DNA from: an uncultured Dehalococcoidia bacterium
GTDB lineage: Bacteria; Chloroflexota; Dehalococcoidia; Lucifugimonadales; UBA3495
Assembly (NCBI GenBank): GCA_964629875.1
Contig: CAZVRK010000007.1
Span: 169-64,168, forward strand
Length of the DNA stretch: 64,000 bases
Reading direction: 5' to 3'
Within the stretch, counting starts at the first letter, position 1. Each line of letters begins with the position of its first letter. The notes below the pieces were generated by a model. The model was not told the origin of the DNA, did no database searches, and was given only the letters and a program-made list of their open reading frames with translations. Positions 16,823 through 25,161 of this stretch are shown here, piece by piece. A program made the position numbers and the translations under genes.

Positions 16823-18672
16823 GTTCCTTCAATGAGTTCCACATTGCCGGAAGTATTGGGAAGTATTTTCGAATATTCATCGAAAATATTGGTATGAACT
16901 ACCTCGTTATTGGGGATACTAGTGTTTTTATTGGCAAGATTAATTAGTAATTGAATTTCAGAATTGACTGCTTCTTGCGCATAGGTACTCATCTCCCCCA
17001 TCTTGCGGTATTTCTTGTACCGTTCTCGTAGTAGTTTGGAAGACGATAGTCTTTCAATCTCCAATAAACTCTTCATTATTTGTATCTTCAGCGCATCAGC
17101 CGCGTTTTGAGGATTATTATGCGATCCTCCAGAAGGTTCATTGACCACGGTATCAACTAATCCCAATAGTGAGCATTCTGGGCTAGTTAACATAAAATCT
17201 TCTGGGGTTTTCTGAAGTATTTCAGAGGTTGTTGGTCGCCTTGTAGATGTAATGCTACTCACTGCAACAGGAGAATATATAGCGTATTCCTGCATCAATA
17301 TTCTATCGGAAATTCCCAGAGCCAGAGCACCTTCGCTGCCGCTTTCTCCTATAATTGCTGATATTATAGGAATTGGCACTTCAGCCATTAACGCGAGAGT
17401 GCCTGCAATAGCATTCCCTATTCCTTGTTCTTCTGCTTGTATTCCAGGGTCTGCCCCTTCAGTGTCTATCAGTGTGATAAGGGGTAAATTAAATTTCGTT
17501 GCTAGTTTTATAATACGTTGAGCCTTACGAAGCCCGTCAGGGTATGTATGATACGCCGACTGTCCTGTTTTAGCCGTCCGTTGTTGTCCTATAATAGCAA
17601 CGGATTTACCATGTAGGGATCCTATTCCTCCGACGATAGACCTACAGTCACTATTAAGACGATCTCCATGTAGTTCTATGAATGGTTGTAGCATAGACCT
17701 CATGTAGTAGAGAGATGAGGGTCTTTCGGCATGTCGTGCTGTCGCTATAGGATCAGATGAACTTTCGTTATTGACGCCCGATTCAGTTAGTTTTATAGCC
17801 TGTTTTATATTCTTGTTAGTCTGCTTCTGATTTGTTAAAACAGCGAGCAGGGACGCGATACGTGGCTGTAGGTTTTCACGGTCAACAATATTGTCTATCA
17901 AGCCATTGTTTAAGTGCGCTTCTGCAGTGTGGGCGCTGAAAGGAACTTCTGTATCAGAGACATTTCTTAGTGTTCGTAGAGGAGATAACCCAATAAGCGA
18001 ACCAGGTTCTGCTAGGATGACATCTGCCAGATTAGCGAAACTAGCGTAAGCCTGTCCTGTAGATGGGTTTGCTAGGACTACTATGAATGGAATGTCTTTT
18101 TCTCTGAGTCGATTAGCGGCCGACACGGTTTTGGCCATTTGCATAAGGGACATAACTCCCTCTTGGATTCTGGCCCCTCCACCAGTGACTAGCGCTACTG
18201 TTGGAATATCTCGCTTGGCAGCATCTTCCAGCGCTAGGGCGACCTTTTCGCCTACTACACTACCCATACTGCCACCCATAAAACCAAAATCTAGTACTAT
18301 TAGCATAGATTCTAGTCCTTCTATTTTGGACCGTCCTGTTACCACTGCTTCTGTTAGGCCAGTCTTGGTTTGGCTCTTTGATAATAAGTCCTGATATTGT
18401 TTTTTGTTTGAGAAGGACAGTGGGGCTACGGAGCTTAGGAATTTATGCGATTCTCTAAAGCTATTATGGTCCGCTAGCAGCTCTATCCGCTCTCGTGCCG
18501 AAAGCGTGTAATGGAATCTGCAATATGGGCACACTTTGTAATCTGAATATGTGTCTGAGTCGTGTATATCTTTTTCGCAGAGAAGACATTGCTGGTGCAG
18601 AGTTGATATGTACGATTCAGTATCAACATTTTTACCTAGAAGTGATGTTATTATGAAGCGAAAAAGATTCAA
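16819..18672 (-). CDS. accD: Acetyl-CoA carboxylase carboxyltransferase, fused beta (AccD) and alpha (AccA) subunits
   Basis: N-terminal Zn ribbon CLLCEKD...CPYCRFH. An AccD-type body ([14 protein letters not shown]) is followed by an AccA-type half (RLIDTEG-like ITLIDTEGADPG). The apparent start is TTG 18672. Confidence 0.85.
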   Translation of the reverse strand: MNLFRFIITSLLGKNVDTESYISTLHQQCLLCEKDIHDSDTYSDYKVCPYCRFHYTLSARERIELLADHNSFRESHKFLSSVAPLSFSNKKQYQDLLSKSQTKTGLTEAVVTGRSKIEGLESMLIVLDFGFMGGSMGSVVGEKVALALEDAAKRDIPTVALVTGGGARIQEGVMSLMQMAKTVSAANRLREKDIPFIVVLANPSTGQAYASFANLADVILAEPGSLIGLSPLRTLRNVSDTEVPFSAHTAEAHLNNGLIDNIVDRENLQPRIASLLAVLTNQKQTNKNIKQAIKLTESGVNNESSSDPIATARHAERPSSLYYMRSMLQPFIELHGDRLNSDCRSIVGGIGSLHGKSVAIIGQQRTAKTGQSAYHTYPDGLRKAQRIIKLATKFNLPLITLIDTEGADPGIQAEEQGIGNAIAGTLALMAEVPIPIISAIIGESGSEGALALGISDRILMQEYAIYSPVAVSSITSTRRPTTSEILQKTPEDFMLTSPECSLLGLVDTVVNEPSGGSHNNPQNAADALKIQIMKSLLEIERLSSSKLLRERYKKYRKMGEMSTYAQEAVNSEIQLLINLANKNTSIPNNEVVHTNIFDEYSKILPNTSGNVELIEGT

Positions 18673-18737
18673 GGTTCAGACCTTACAAACGTATGCCGGG
18701 ATATTTTAATTATACGGAAAAGAGTATTAAGTGAGTA

Positions 18738-20231
18738 TTACGGCTTGCAGGTTATCGCAAGGACGTTTGTTCTAGGGATATCATTTTGTATTTTTACTGT
18801 GTCTGATATCCTGTGTCCGACTACCCAGATTATCTCATCATCCACCTCTATTAGAGGTATATGGTGGCGTTGGACTCTGCTAATCTTTGAGTCAGTAAAG
18901 AAATCCTGCAATTTTTTGTGTCCTTGCATTCCCAATGGTCTGAATCTATCGCCCATTTTCCAAAAGCGTATCGTAGCCCTGGAGCTCATCGCATCAGTGC
19001 TGAAATACTGTGTTAATCCGGCTGGATTTACTTCCTTGTATTGATCATTATTAGAGAGAAGTTCAACACAGAAGCTCATTTTGCTGAGGTACACATAAAT
19101 TGGTCTATCCATCTGAGTGGGCAGGCTAAACTGTGTTTCAATACTGGCTGATGGCAAATGGTCACTGGATGATTCGCTACGGTGACTGATACAGAGTGTG
19201 ACGGCATTTGATTCTGCCATTAACCCAAAAGGGAGATGTACAGTTTTACTACCACGTTTGCTACTCAATAGGTTGATCACCGCGGTTATATGCTTTTCAG
19301 TTAGCCTCCTTGTATCACAGCAGACCCGAGCATAGGCTCTTCTGATCAGATGTCTTTGCATAGAAGGATGAAGTGAGGAAATTTTGTCAATATCAAATTC
19401 CACAGTAAATCCTTTTGTAGGGGAGATGTTGCTTATGGCTAAGTGGTTCCACAGTTTGTCCGTTTCCTGCTCAATGTAGTCGAAATCTAGTGATGAAGAT
19501 CTAGATAGCCTTATAAGGGCATTTTGAATTTGCGGATTATATTCATTCGCCAAAAGTGGCATCAAGGTTTTACGAACTCTGTTCCTAGTAAAAGCAAGCA
19601 TATCGTTTGTTGTATCTTGACGGAAACTCTGGTTAAGCTCAGCGCAATATAGGCTGGTTTCTGATTTATTGATCTCCAAAAATGGCCGGAATAATTTGAC
19701 TTCCGACTCTGTGGACGGCCATGGCCAGTCAGAGACTTCAGACATTCCTCTTAGGCCATTTAGTCCGGATCCTCTTAAAATATGTTCAAGAACCGTTTCC
19801 GCAAGATCATCAGCTGTATGTGCCACTGCAACAAATTTTGACTGTTGTTCATGGGCCACTCTCAATAAAAAAGCATACCGTAGTTCACGCGCACCTTGTT
19901 CAAAGGATGAGATGCCGTGTTGCCGTTGGTACATATCGGTATCCTGATACTCAGAAGTGCTGTTTAGTCCTAATTGGCTAGCTAGCGACAATACAAAAGT
20001 TTCATCGTCGTCTGCTTCTTGCCCACGAAAATCGTGGTTCAAATGGGCGACATGTAGTTTTAGTGGAAATACACTTGCGATTCTTGCTAGGCAACACAAT
20101 AATGCTGTGGAATCGGGACCACCGGAAACTCCTACTACTATCGTATCGTTATAGGTTACCCCTGATCTCAAAAGCGATTGGATAGTATGGTTTTCTAATA
20201 ACGAATGTCTATTTTCACCATCAGTCGTCAT
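18738..20231 (-). CDS. tilS: tRNA(Ile)-lysidine synthase
   Basis: PP-loop VGVSGGPDS, HLNHDFRG, and a long C-terminal substrate-binding domain. Confidence 0.9.
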   Translation of the reverse strand: MTTDGENRHSLLENHTIQSLLRSGVTYNDTIVVGVSGGPDSTALLCCLARIASVFPLKLHVAHLNHDFRGQEADDDETFVLSLASQLGLNSTSEYQDTDMYQRQHGISSFEQGARELRYAFLLRVAHEQQSKFVAVAHTADDLAETVLEHILRGSGLNGLRGMSEVSDWPWPSTESEVKLFRPFLEINKSETSLYCAELNQSFRQDTTNDMLAFTRNRVRKTLMPLLANEYNPQIQNALIRLSRSSSLDFDYIEQETDKLWNHLAISNISPTKGFTVEFDIDKISSLHPSMQRHLIRRAYARVCCDTRRLTEKHITAVINLLSSKRGSKTVHLPFGLMAESNAVTLCISHRSESSSDHLPSASIETQFSLPTQMDRPIYVYLSKMSFCVELLSNNDQYKEVNPAGLTQYFSTDAMSSRATIRFWKMGDRFRPLGMQGHKKLQDFFTDSKISRVQRHHIPLIEVDDEIIWVVGHRISDTVKIQNDIPRTNVLAITCKP

Positions 20232-20854
20232 ATGTCAGATCCGCTAGTTGTGCTTAGGTGGGATACTGAATTATACCTAAGTATGCGCCATGAATTTCTA
20301 AAAAGTTCTACAGTGGTTATGGAACTCAAGCTGAGTGTCATACTATGGAAATTAGATAGAGGCATTTTTAGAATCTTGGCGCAAATACAACGTATTGCAA
20401 AGTTGTGGGAAACGATGGCAATTTGATCATCGTCCGTGTGGGTTTGTTGTATGTTTTCAAATGATTTCCAGGATCGATCACTTAAATTAATTAGGGACTC
20501 TCCTTTTGGCATACTGACTAAAGACGGATCTAGCCTCCATTGGTTCCAAACCTCAGGCCAACTTCTACGCATATCATTACCTGTGATCCCTTCTAATGAA
20601 CCGAGATTTAATTCCATGAAGCCAGAGTCCTGCTTGATTGGTACTCCAGTCATTGATGATATCTGACGTGAGACTTGCATAGTGCGTTTGAGAGGGCTCG
20701 AATACAGGGCTGTTAATCCCCATTGTAGAGATGTTCTAGCAGTTGCTAATGCCTGAGAGATTCCAACGTCGTTTAATGGTATGTCTATTTGGCCTTGGAA
20801 TAGCCCCTCATTATTCCACTGTGTTTCTCCGTGCCGAATTAGAAAGATTTTCAA
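20228..20854 (-). CDS. Histidine phosphatase family protein (phosphoglycerate-mutase-like)
   Basis: The N-terminus IFLIRHGETQWN carries the RHG catalytic motif. Its stop overlaps the tilS start (ATGA at 20228-20231). Confidence 0.85.
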   Translation of the reverse strand: MKIFLIRHGETQWNNEGLFQGQIDIPLNDVGISQALATARTSLQWGLTALYSSPLKRTMQVSRQISSMTGVPIKQDSGFMELNLGSLEGITGNDMRRSWPEVWNQWRLDPSLVSMPKGESLINLSDRSWKSFENIQQTHTDDDQIAIVSHNFAIRCICAKILKMPLSNFHSMTLSLSSITTVELFRNSWRILRYNSVSHLSTTSGSDI

Positions 20855-21026
20855 TATTTTGTGTCCTGAATGTGACTAGGAAATGAACATGGTTATGTGG
20901 TTATAGTGTTCTTGAAAAGGGCTGTTTGTGGAGCATAACAACTCGGATAATACCATTCGCCCATTTTCTATGTAAAGTTGTCATAGTAATAATTATATAT
21001 GAAGTAGAGTTGTCTTTCAGGCCTAG

Positions 21027-21056
21027 TTGAGCAGTGTAGCAAATTCACTCTATAAT
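21027..21056 (+). promoter_or_regulatory. Putative promoter TTGAGC-18-TATAAT abutting the tsaD start
   Basis: TTGAGC at 21027-21032 and TATAAT at 21051-21056. ATG 21064 lies 7 nt after the -10 box, with no SD between them. Confidence 0.4.
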
Positions 21057-21063
21057 GATGGAT

Positions 21064-22110
21064 ATGATAAATGTACTTGGAATAGAAACATCGTGTGACG
21101 AGACTGCTGTTGGCGTAGTAAGTGATGGTCATGTACTTCGGTCAAACATAATAGCTTCACAAATTGAAATACATGCTCAATATGGCGGGATTGTTCCCGA
21201 ATTGGCTTCGCGCCAACATATTAGGGATATTTCCGCCACGGTAAGTAGTTCTCTAAAAACCGCTGGTATTAATATGGAAGATATTGACATAGTTTCTGCT
21301 ACGTATGGGCCAGGTTTAGCAGGATCCCTGATAACAGGGTTAAATACGGCTAAAGCCCTAGCTATGTCTCTTGGTGTTCCGTTCATCGGTTCTAATCATT
21401 TAGAAGGGCATTTGTATGCATCTTGGTTAAAAGAATCAGGGGAATTGCCTGACACTGAGCCAGGATTTCCTCTGGCATGTTTAATCGCATCAGGTGGGCA
21501 TACTGATCTAATACTCATGGAGAATCATGGGAACTATAAGCTAGTTGGAAGGACTCGCGATGATGCTGCAGGAGAGGCTTTTGATAAAGCTGCTAGAGTC
21601 CTGGGATTAGGGTTTCCTGGAGGTCCAGAAATACAAAAAGCGGCGGAACAAATGATTGGAGAGAACGATCTCGAGTTACCTAGAGCGTGGATGAAGGGTA
21701 CTCTGGATTTCAGCTTTAGTGGTGTTAAAACTGCGCTACTTCATATGGCCCAAAACAAAGGTATATATCCACTTGACCAATGCCAATTTACAGATGATCA
21801 AGTACGCTTGTTAGTAAATCAAATGTCTTATGCGTTTCAGGAGGCCGTCGTTGATGTGATGGTGGAGAAAGTTGTGAGTATGGCCGAACAATACCACGCG
21901 AAAGGAATATTAATTGGTGGAGGAGTTGCGGCAAATAGTAGACTACGCACTAAGGTTGTGGACCGGTCTAATATCCCTGTTCTTATTCCGCCTCCGGTAT
22001 TATGTACTGATAACGGAGCAATGATAGCCGCCTGTGCCTATTACCAGTATCAGAGGGGCGAGCAATATGGGTTCGAATTGGACGTTAATCCTAGCCTGCC
22101 ACTTGGATAG
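21064..22110 (+). CDS. tsaD: tRNA N6-adenosine threonylcarbamoyltransferase
   Basis: MINVLGIETSCDET matches the conserved TsaD/Kae1 N-terminus. Alternative ATGs at 21055 and 21058 lie inside the -10 box. Confidence 0.9.
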   Translation: MINVLGIETSCDETAVGVVSDGHVLRSNIIASQIEIHAQYGGIVPELASRQHIRDISATVSSSLKTAGINMEDIDIVSATYGPGLAGSLITGLNTAKALAMSLGVPFIGSNHLEGHLYASWLKESGELPDTEPGFPLACLIASGGHTDLILMENHGNYKLVGRTRDDAAGEAFDKAARVLGLGFPGGPEIQKAAEQMIGENDLELPRAWMKGTLDFSFSGVKTALLHMAQNKGIYPLDQCQFTDDQVRLLVNQMSYAFQEAVVDVMVEKVVSMAEQYHAKGILIGGGVAANSRLRTKVVDRSNIPVLIPPPVLCTDNGAMIAACAYYQYQRGEQYGFELDVNPSLPLG

Positions 22111-22114
22111 TTTG

Positions 22115-22747
22115 TCATATCAAGGGTGAGGGCTTACTTGACTTAAGTCGTGATCCAGAAACTTTTTCACTCAGAACGTTTGCAAGTTCGTATAAGTCTG
22201 ATTCTGAATTGGATCCACCCGTTGACGTAGTAATCGACCATGACTGACCCTTTAGTGTAATGGAGGCATTTCTTTGTCTATAGTAGCGTTGTGATATTAG
22301 CCAGAAGCAAACCAAAATGGCTATAAGAAGTATTAGTGGTCCGGCATCTATATTGATTATTGGTACGGTTGGGCCATTCCATTTTCCGGTTATCCAATAA
22401 GCTAAACATAGGTATATGAATAGTCCAGAAATGGTCATAAAAATAGCTTGGTATAGGTTCCAATAATTTTTTTTAACATCTGTGACGATTATTTCGTCTA
22501 TGTCTTCTACTCTAACAACATCGCCTGCGCGGTTTCCTCTATCGTCAGTGAAGGAGAAGACTCTCTCTGATGTTACGATTAGCAGATCACCGTTACTAGT
22601 CGGTTCGGAAACGAGGCCTTGTTGTGAAGAGAATGAGAGGGCTATATCTTCACCGGGTAAGATAGCAATTTTCCTAACCTTCTTTAGAAAACTATGGGGC
22701 TGTTGCTCTTCTATATACAATATAATCCTCCGGAAATATACTACCAT
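22115..22747 (-). CDS. Hypothetical membrane protein (soluble N-terminal domain plus two TM helices)
   Basis: 210 aa. Hydrophobic stretches AIFMTISGLFIYLCLAYWI and GPLILLIAILVCFWLI. No motif recognised. Confidence 0.5.
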   Translation of the reverse strand: MVVYFRRIILYIEEQQPHSFLKKVRKIAILPGEDIALSFSSQQGLVSEPTSNGDLLIVTSERVFSFTDDRGNRAGDVVRVEDIDEIIVTDVKKNYWNLYQAIFMTISGLFIYLCLAYWITGKWNGPTVPIINIDAGPLILLIAILVCFWLISQRYYRQRNASITLKGQSWSITTSTGGSNSESDLYELANVLSEKVSGSRLKSSKPSPLI

Positions 22748-22786
22748 ATCTAATCCGTGGTACCTTCGTATTCTGTGGAGGATTTG

Positions 22787-22984
22787 ATGGAAGAATTAAC
22801 TAGTCAAGATATAGCATCCTTAGCCAGGTCCGTAAATATGAATATTCCAGACAATGATTTGGATCAGGTAGCTATGAGTCTTAATGCCATACTTCAACTA
22901 ATGTCTGAGATTACTGTTACTGATGTTAATTTGGTTGAGCCGTTGCCGATAAGGCATATAAAGGAGGATGGTATTTATGAATAA
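22787..22984 (+). CDS. GatC-like small protein
   Basis: GGAGG at 22776-22780 precedes ATG 22787. MEELTSQDIASLARSVNMNIPDNDLDQVAMSLNAILQLMSEI resembles the GatC N-terminal helix pair. At 65 aa it is shorter than canonical GatC. Confidence 0.6.
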   Translation: MEELTSQDIASLARSVNMNIPDNDLDQVAMSLNAILQLMSEITVTDVNLVEPLPIRHIKEDGIYE

Positions 22985-24404
22985 CTCAGATATACCTTTC
23001 CTGTCTGCTACTGACCTCGGAACTTTAATAAAATCCAAGAATCTGTCCCCAGTAGACGCTGTTACTGCTTATTTAGATCGGATTCAAGACGTAAATCCTA
23101 AATTGAATGCATATATCACTGTTTGTGGAGAAATGGCATTAGCCCAAGCTAAACAAGCGGAGAAAGACATCAATAATGGCAACTACATTGGTCCTTTACA
23201 TGGGGTGCCCGTTGCAGTCAAAGACCAAATCCATAGCGCAGGCATACTGACTAGCGATGCATCCAAGATTCGTTCTGATTTTATACCCCAAGAAAATGCT
23301 ACCGTGTTGGAAAATCTTACCAAGGCAGGAGCGATCTTACTTGGTAAACTTAACATGAGCGAATTTGCTCTTGGTGACCCGATCAGTTCAGCATATGGTC
23401 CAGCTAGAAACCCATGGGACATAGAAAGGAATCCTGGAACTTCTAGTACTGGGTCGGGGGCCGCTACTGCGGGATTTTTATGCGCTACTTCATTGGGTGA
23501 GGATACTGGAGGGTCAATTCGTGGACCTGCGGCCAATTGTGGTCTGGTAGGACTGCGTCCCACTTGGGGTAGAGTTAGCAGGTACGGGGTAGATGGGGCG
23601 TGTTGGTCAATCGACACGATCGGCCCTATCTCAAGGACGGTGTCGGATTGTGCTGTGACTATTGGCTCAATAGCGGGACATGATCCAAAAGATAGATATA
23701 CGAGCAACATCCCTGTTCCAGACTATGTGAATCTTCTAAATGGAACGTTAGATGGATTAAAGATAGGCTTAGTAACGGATTTCCTTGATAGCGACGAGCT
23801 AGGAGTAACTACGCCAACGAAAGAAGCAGTCGTGGCAGCGGCGGCGCACTTTAGGACCCTTGGAGCCGAAGTAGTAGAAATATCTATTCCTATAGCAAAA
23901 TACACTGGTGCTGTGATACGTACTATTACCCATACAGATAGAGTTAGTCTGTTCCCTGATAGAATTCGAACAAGAGCTTCGGATCATCATCAAAACACTA
24001 AAATTGCTTTCATGGCGGCAAATCTTATACCTGCGCAGGTATATTACAAGGCCCAGAAAATACGTGATCTGGTTAGGACCCAAGTTATGGAGGCTTTTAA
24101 GTCAGTCGACGTATTAATTCAACCGACATCTTCGGGCCCAGCGGGCAGGATAAATCTAGAGCCTGGTGTAAGAAGTTTAGACCAGGCCAAGAAAGACTTA
24201 ATTGAAGGAAGTTTCAGAGGAATCTACAGTTTGGCCGGTGTTCCAGCTCTCTCAATATGCTGTGGATTTTCGGATGTAGATGGCAAAAAATTACCGTTGG
24301 CACTTCAAATTGCCGGAAGACCATTTGACGAGGCCACAGTTTTAAATACAGCATACGCTTATGAGCAAAGTAATACTTGGAAAGATATACAACCTGATTT
24401 TTAA
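22977..24404 (+). CDS. Amidase-signature family enzyme (GatA-like)
   Basis: VPVAVKD, GTSSTGSGAA and GEDTGGSIRGPAANCGLVGLRPTWGRVSRYG. It overlaps the GatC-like gene by 8 nt. No gatB is adjacent. Confidence 0.85.
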   Translation: MNNSDIPFLSATDLGTLIKSKNLSPVDAVTAYLDRIQDVNPKLNAYITVCGEMALAQAKQAEKDINNGNYIGPLHGVPVAVKDQIHSAGILTSDASKIRSDFIPQENATVLENLTKAGAILLGKLNMSEFALGDPISSAYGPARNPWDIERNPGTSSTGSGAATAGFLCATSLGEDTGGSIRGPAANCGLVGLRPTWGRVSRYGVDGACWSIDTIGPISRTVSDCAVTIGSIAGHDPKDRYTSNIPVPDYVNLLNGTLDGLKIGLVTDFLDSDELGVTTPTKEAVVAAAAHFRTLGAEVVEISIPIAKYTGAVIRTITHTDRVSLFPDRIRTRASDHHQNTKIAFMAANLIPAQVYYKAQKIRDLVRTQVMEAFKSVDVLIQPTSSGPAGRINLEPGVRSLDQAKKDLIEGSFRGIYSLAGVPALSICCGFSDVDGKKLPLALQIAGRPFDEATVLNTAYAYEQSNTWKDIQPDF

Positions 24405-24469
24405 TCGTCTAGCTTTTAATAAGATAATTGTAATTTAGAACCGCAATAAACAGTAATAAGGAGAGTAAA

Positions 24470-24778
24470 ATGACGTTACCAAACCCTGGTTCATGGCAAG
24501 GAATAATTGAGGAGGCATCACCTCAATTATTTAAGGATGTTACTACTCTTAGGGATAATGTGCTTACTGATGGAGCTCTCTCCATGAAAGTGAAAGTTTT
24601 AATGACGATGCTATGCGATGCTTTGTTGGCACATGATCATGGTGTCGAGAATATAGCCAATAGAGCACGAGCTATCGGTGCAACTGAAGAGGAGATTGCT
24701 GAGACTATAGGAGTTGCCTTTGTAATGGGTGGTACTCCTGCCTTGGTAACGGGAGCTAATGCTTTTAAAAAGTCGTAA
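24470..24778 (+). CDS. Carboxymuconolactone decarboxylase (AhpD-like) family protein
   Basis: 102 aa. LSMKVKVLMTMLCDALLAHDHG...EEEIAETIGVA is typical of the CMD fold. Confidence 0.7.
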   Translation: MTLPNPGSWQGIIEEASPQLFKDVTTLRDNVLTDGALSMKVKVLMTMLCDALLAHDHGVENIANRARAIGATEEEIAETIGVAFVMGGTPALVTGANAFKKS

Positions 24779-24834
24779 TCTGTTTGCTGAGGTGTATTGA
24801 CAGTGATTTTCATGAATGATACGCTCAATGTAAT

Positions 24835-25101
24835 AGCGTTGATGGAGACGAGTAGGTTAATCTAAATCGCAAAGCGAGCCTGGTATGGTGTGAGCAGGTG
24901 CGTATAAATTACCGAAAATCCCTCCGGAGCTGCCAGCAGAAAGGGCTAGAATCCTGAGTAAGCCAAGGCCGAGTTCGTCGTCCGTTACTAACGACGGGGC
25001 ATGATGGTGTCCTTATTGAGAGGCCTGAATTTTCGGGCAAATAGGGTGGTACCGCGGGATTAATAAAAAAGTCCCGTCCCTAAGTGGGACGGGACTTTTT
25101 T
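24835..25101 (+). promoter_or_regulatory. T-box riboswitch leader of ilvB
   Basis: K-turn/S-turn UGAUGGAGACGAGUAGG (24840-24856). AG-bulge and distal-loop type sequences (24873-24895). CCGUUA (24982-24987). T-box AAAUAGGGUGGUACCGCGGGA (25039-25059). A terminator follows, and an antiterminator pairing is possible. Confidence 0.85.
25065..25101 (+). terminator. Intrinsic terminator of the T-box leader
   Basis: AAAAAAGTCCCGTCCC (25065-25080), loop TAAGT, GGGACGGGACTTTTTT (25086-25101). The 16-bp stem is perfect and ends in a T6 run. Confidence 0.85.
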
Positions 25102-25161
25102 ACGTCTCATAAAAACGATAAATTCGTCTAATTTTGGCTTATGAGGCCATGGAGGATTTAA

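Noticed and set aside
23183-23710. 175-aa minus-strand ORF inside the amidase gene
   Set aside because: It is an antisense shadow ORF. The plus-strand frame carries the amidase signature.
22787-24404. Annotating the pair simply as gatC-gatA of the tRNA amidotransferase
   Set aside because: There is no gatB, the GatC-like protein is truncated, the Ser-loop is deviant, and GlnRS is present. I left it as GatA-like/GatC-like with the AtzEG-like alternative. It remains unresolved without the rest of the genome.
24470-24778. AhpD-like/CMD protein as a second selenoprotein or CxxC redox protein
   Set aside because: The reading frame has no in-frame TGA. The expected CxxC region reads LCDALLAH, which has only one Cys.
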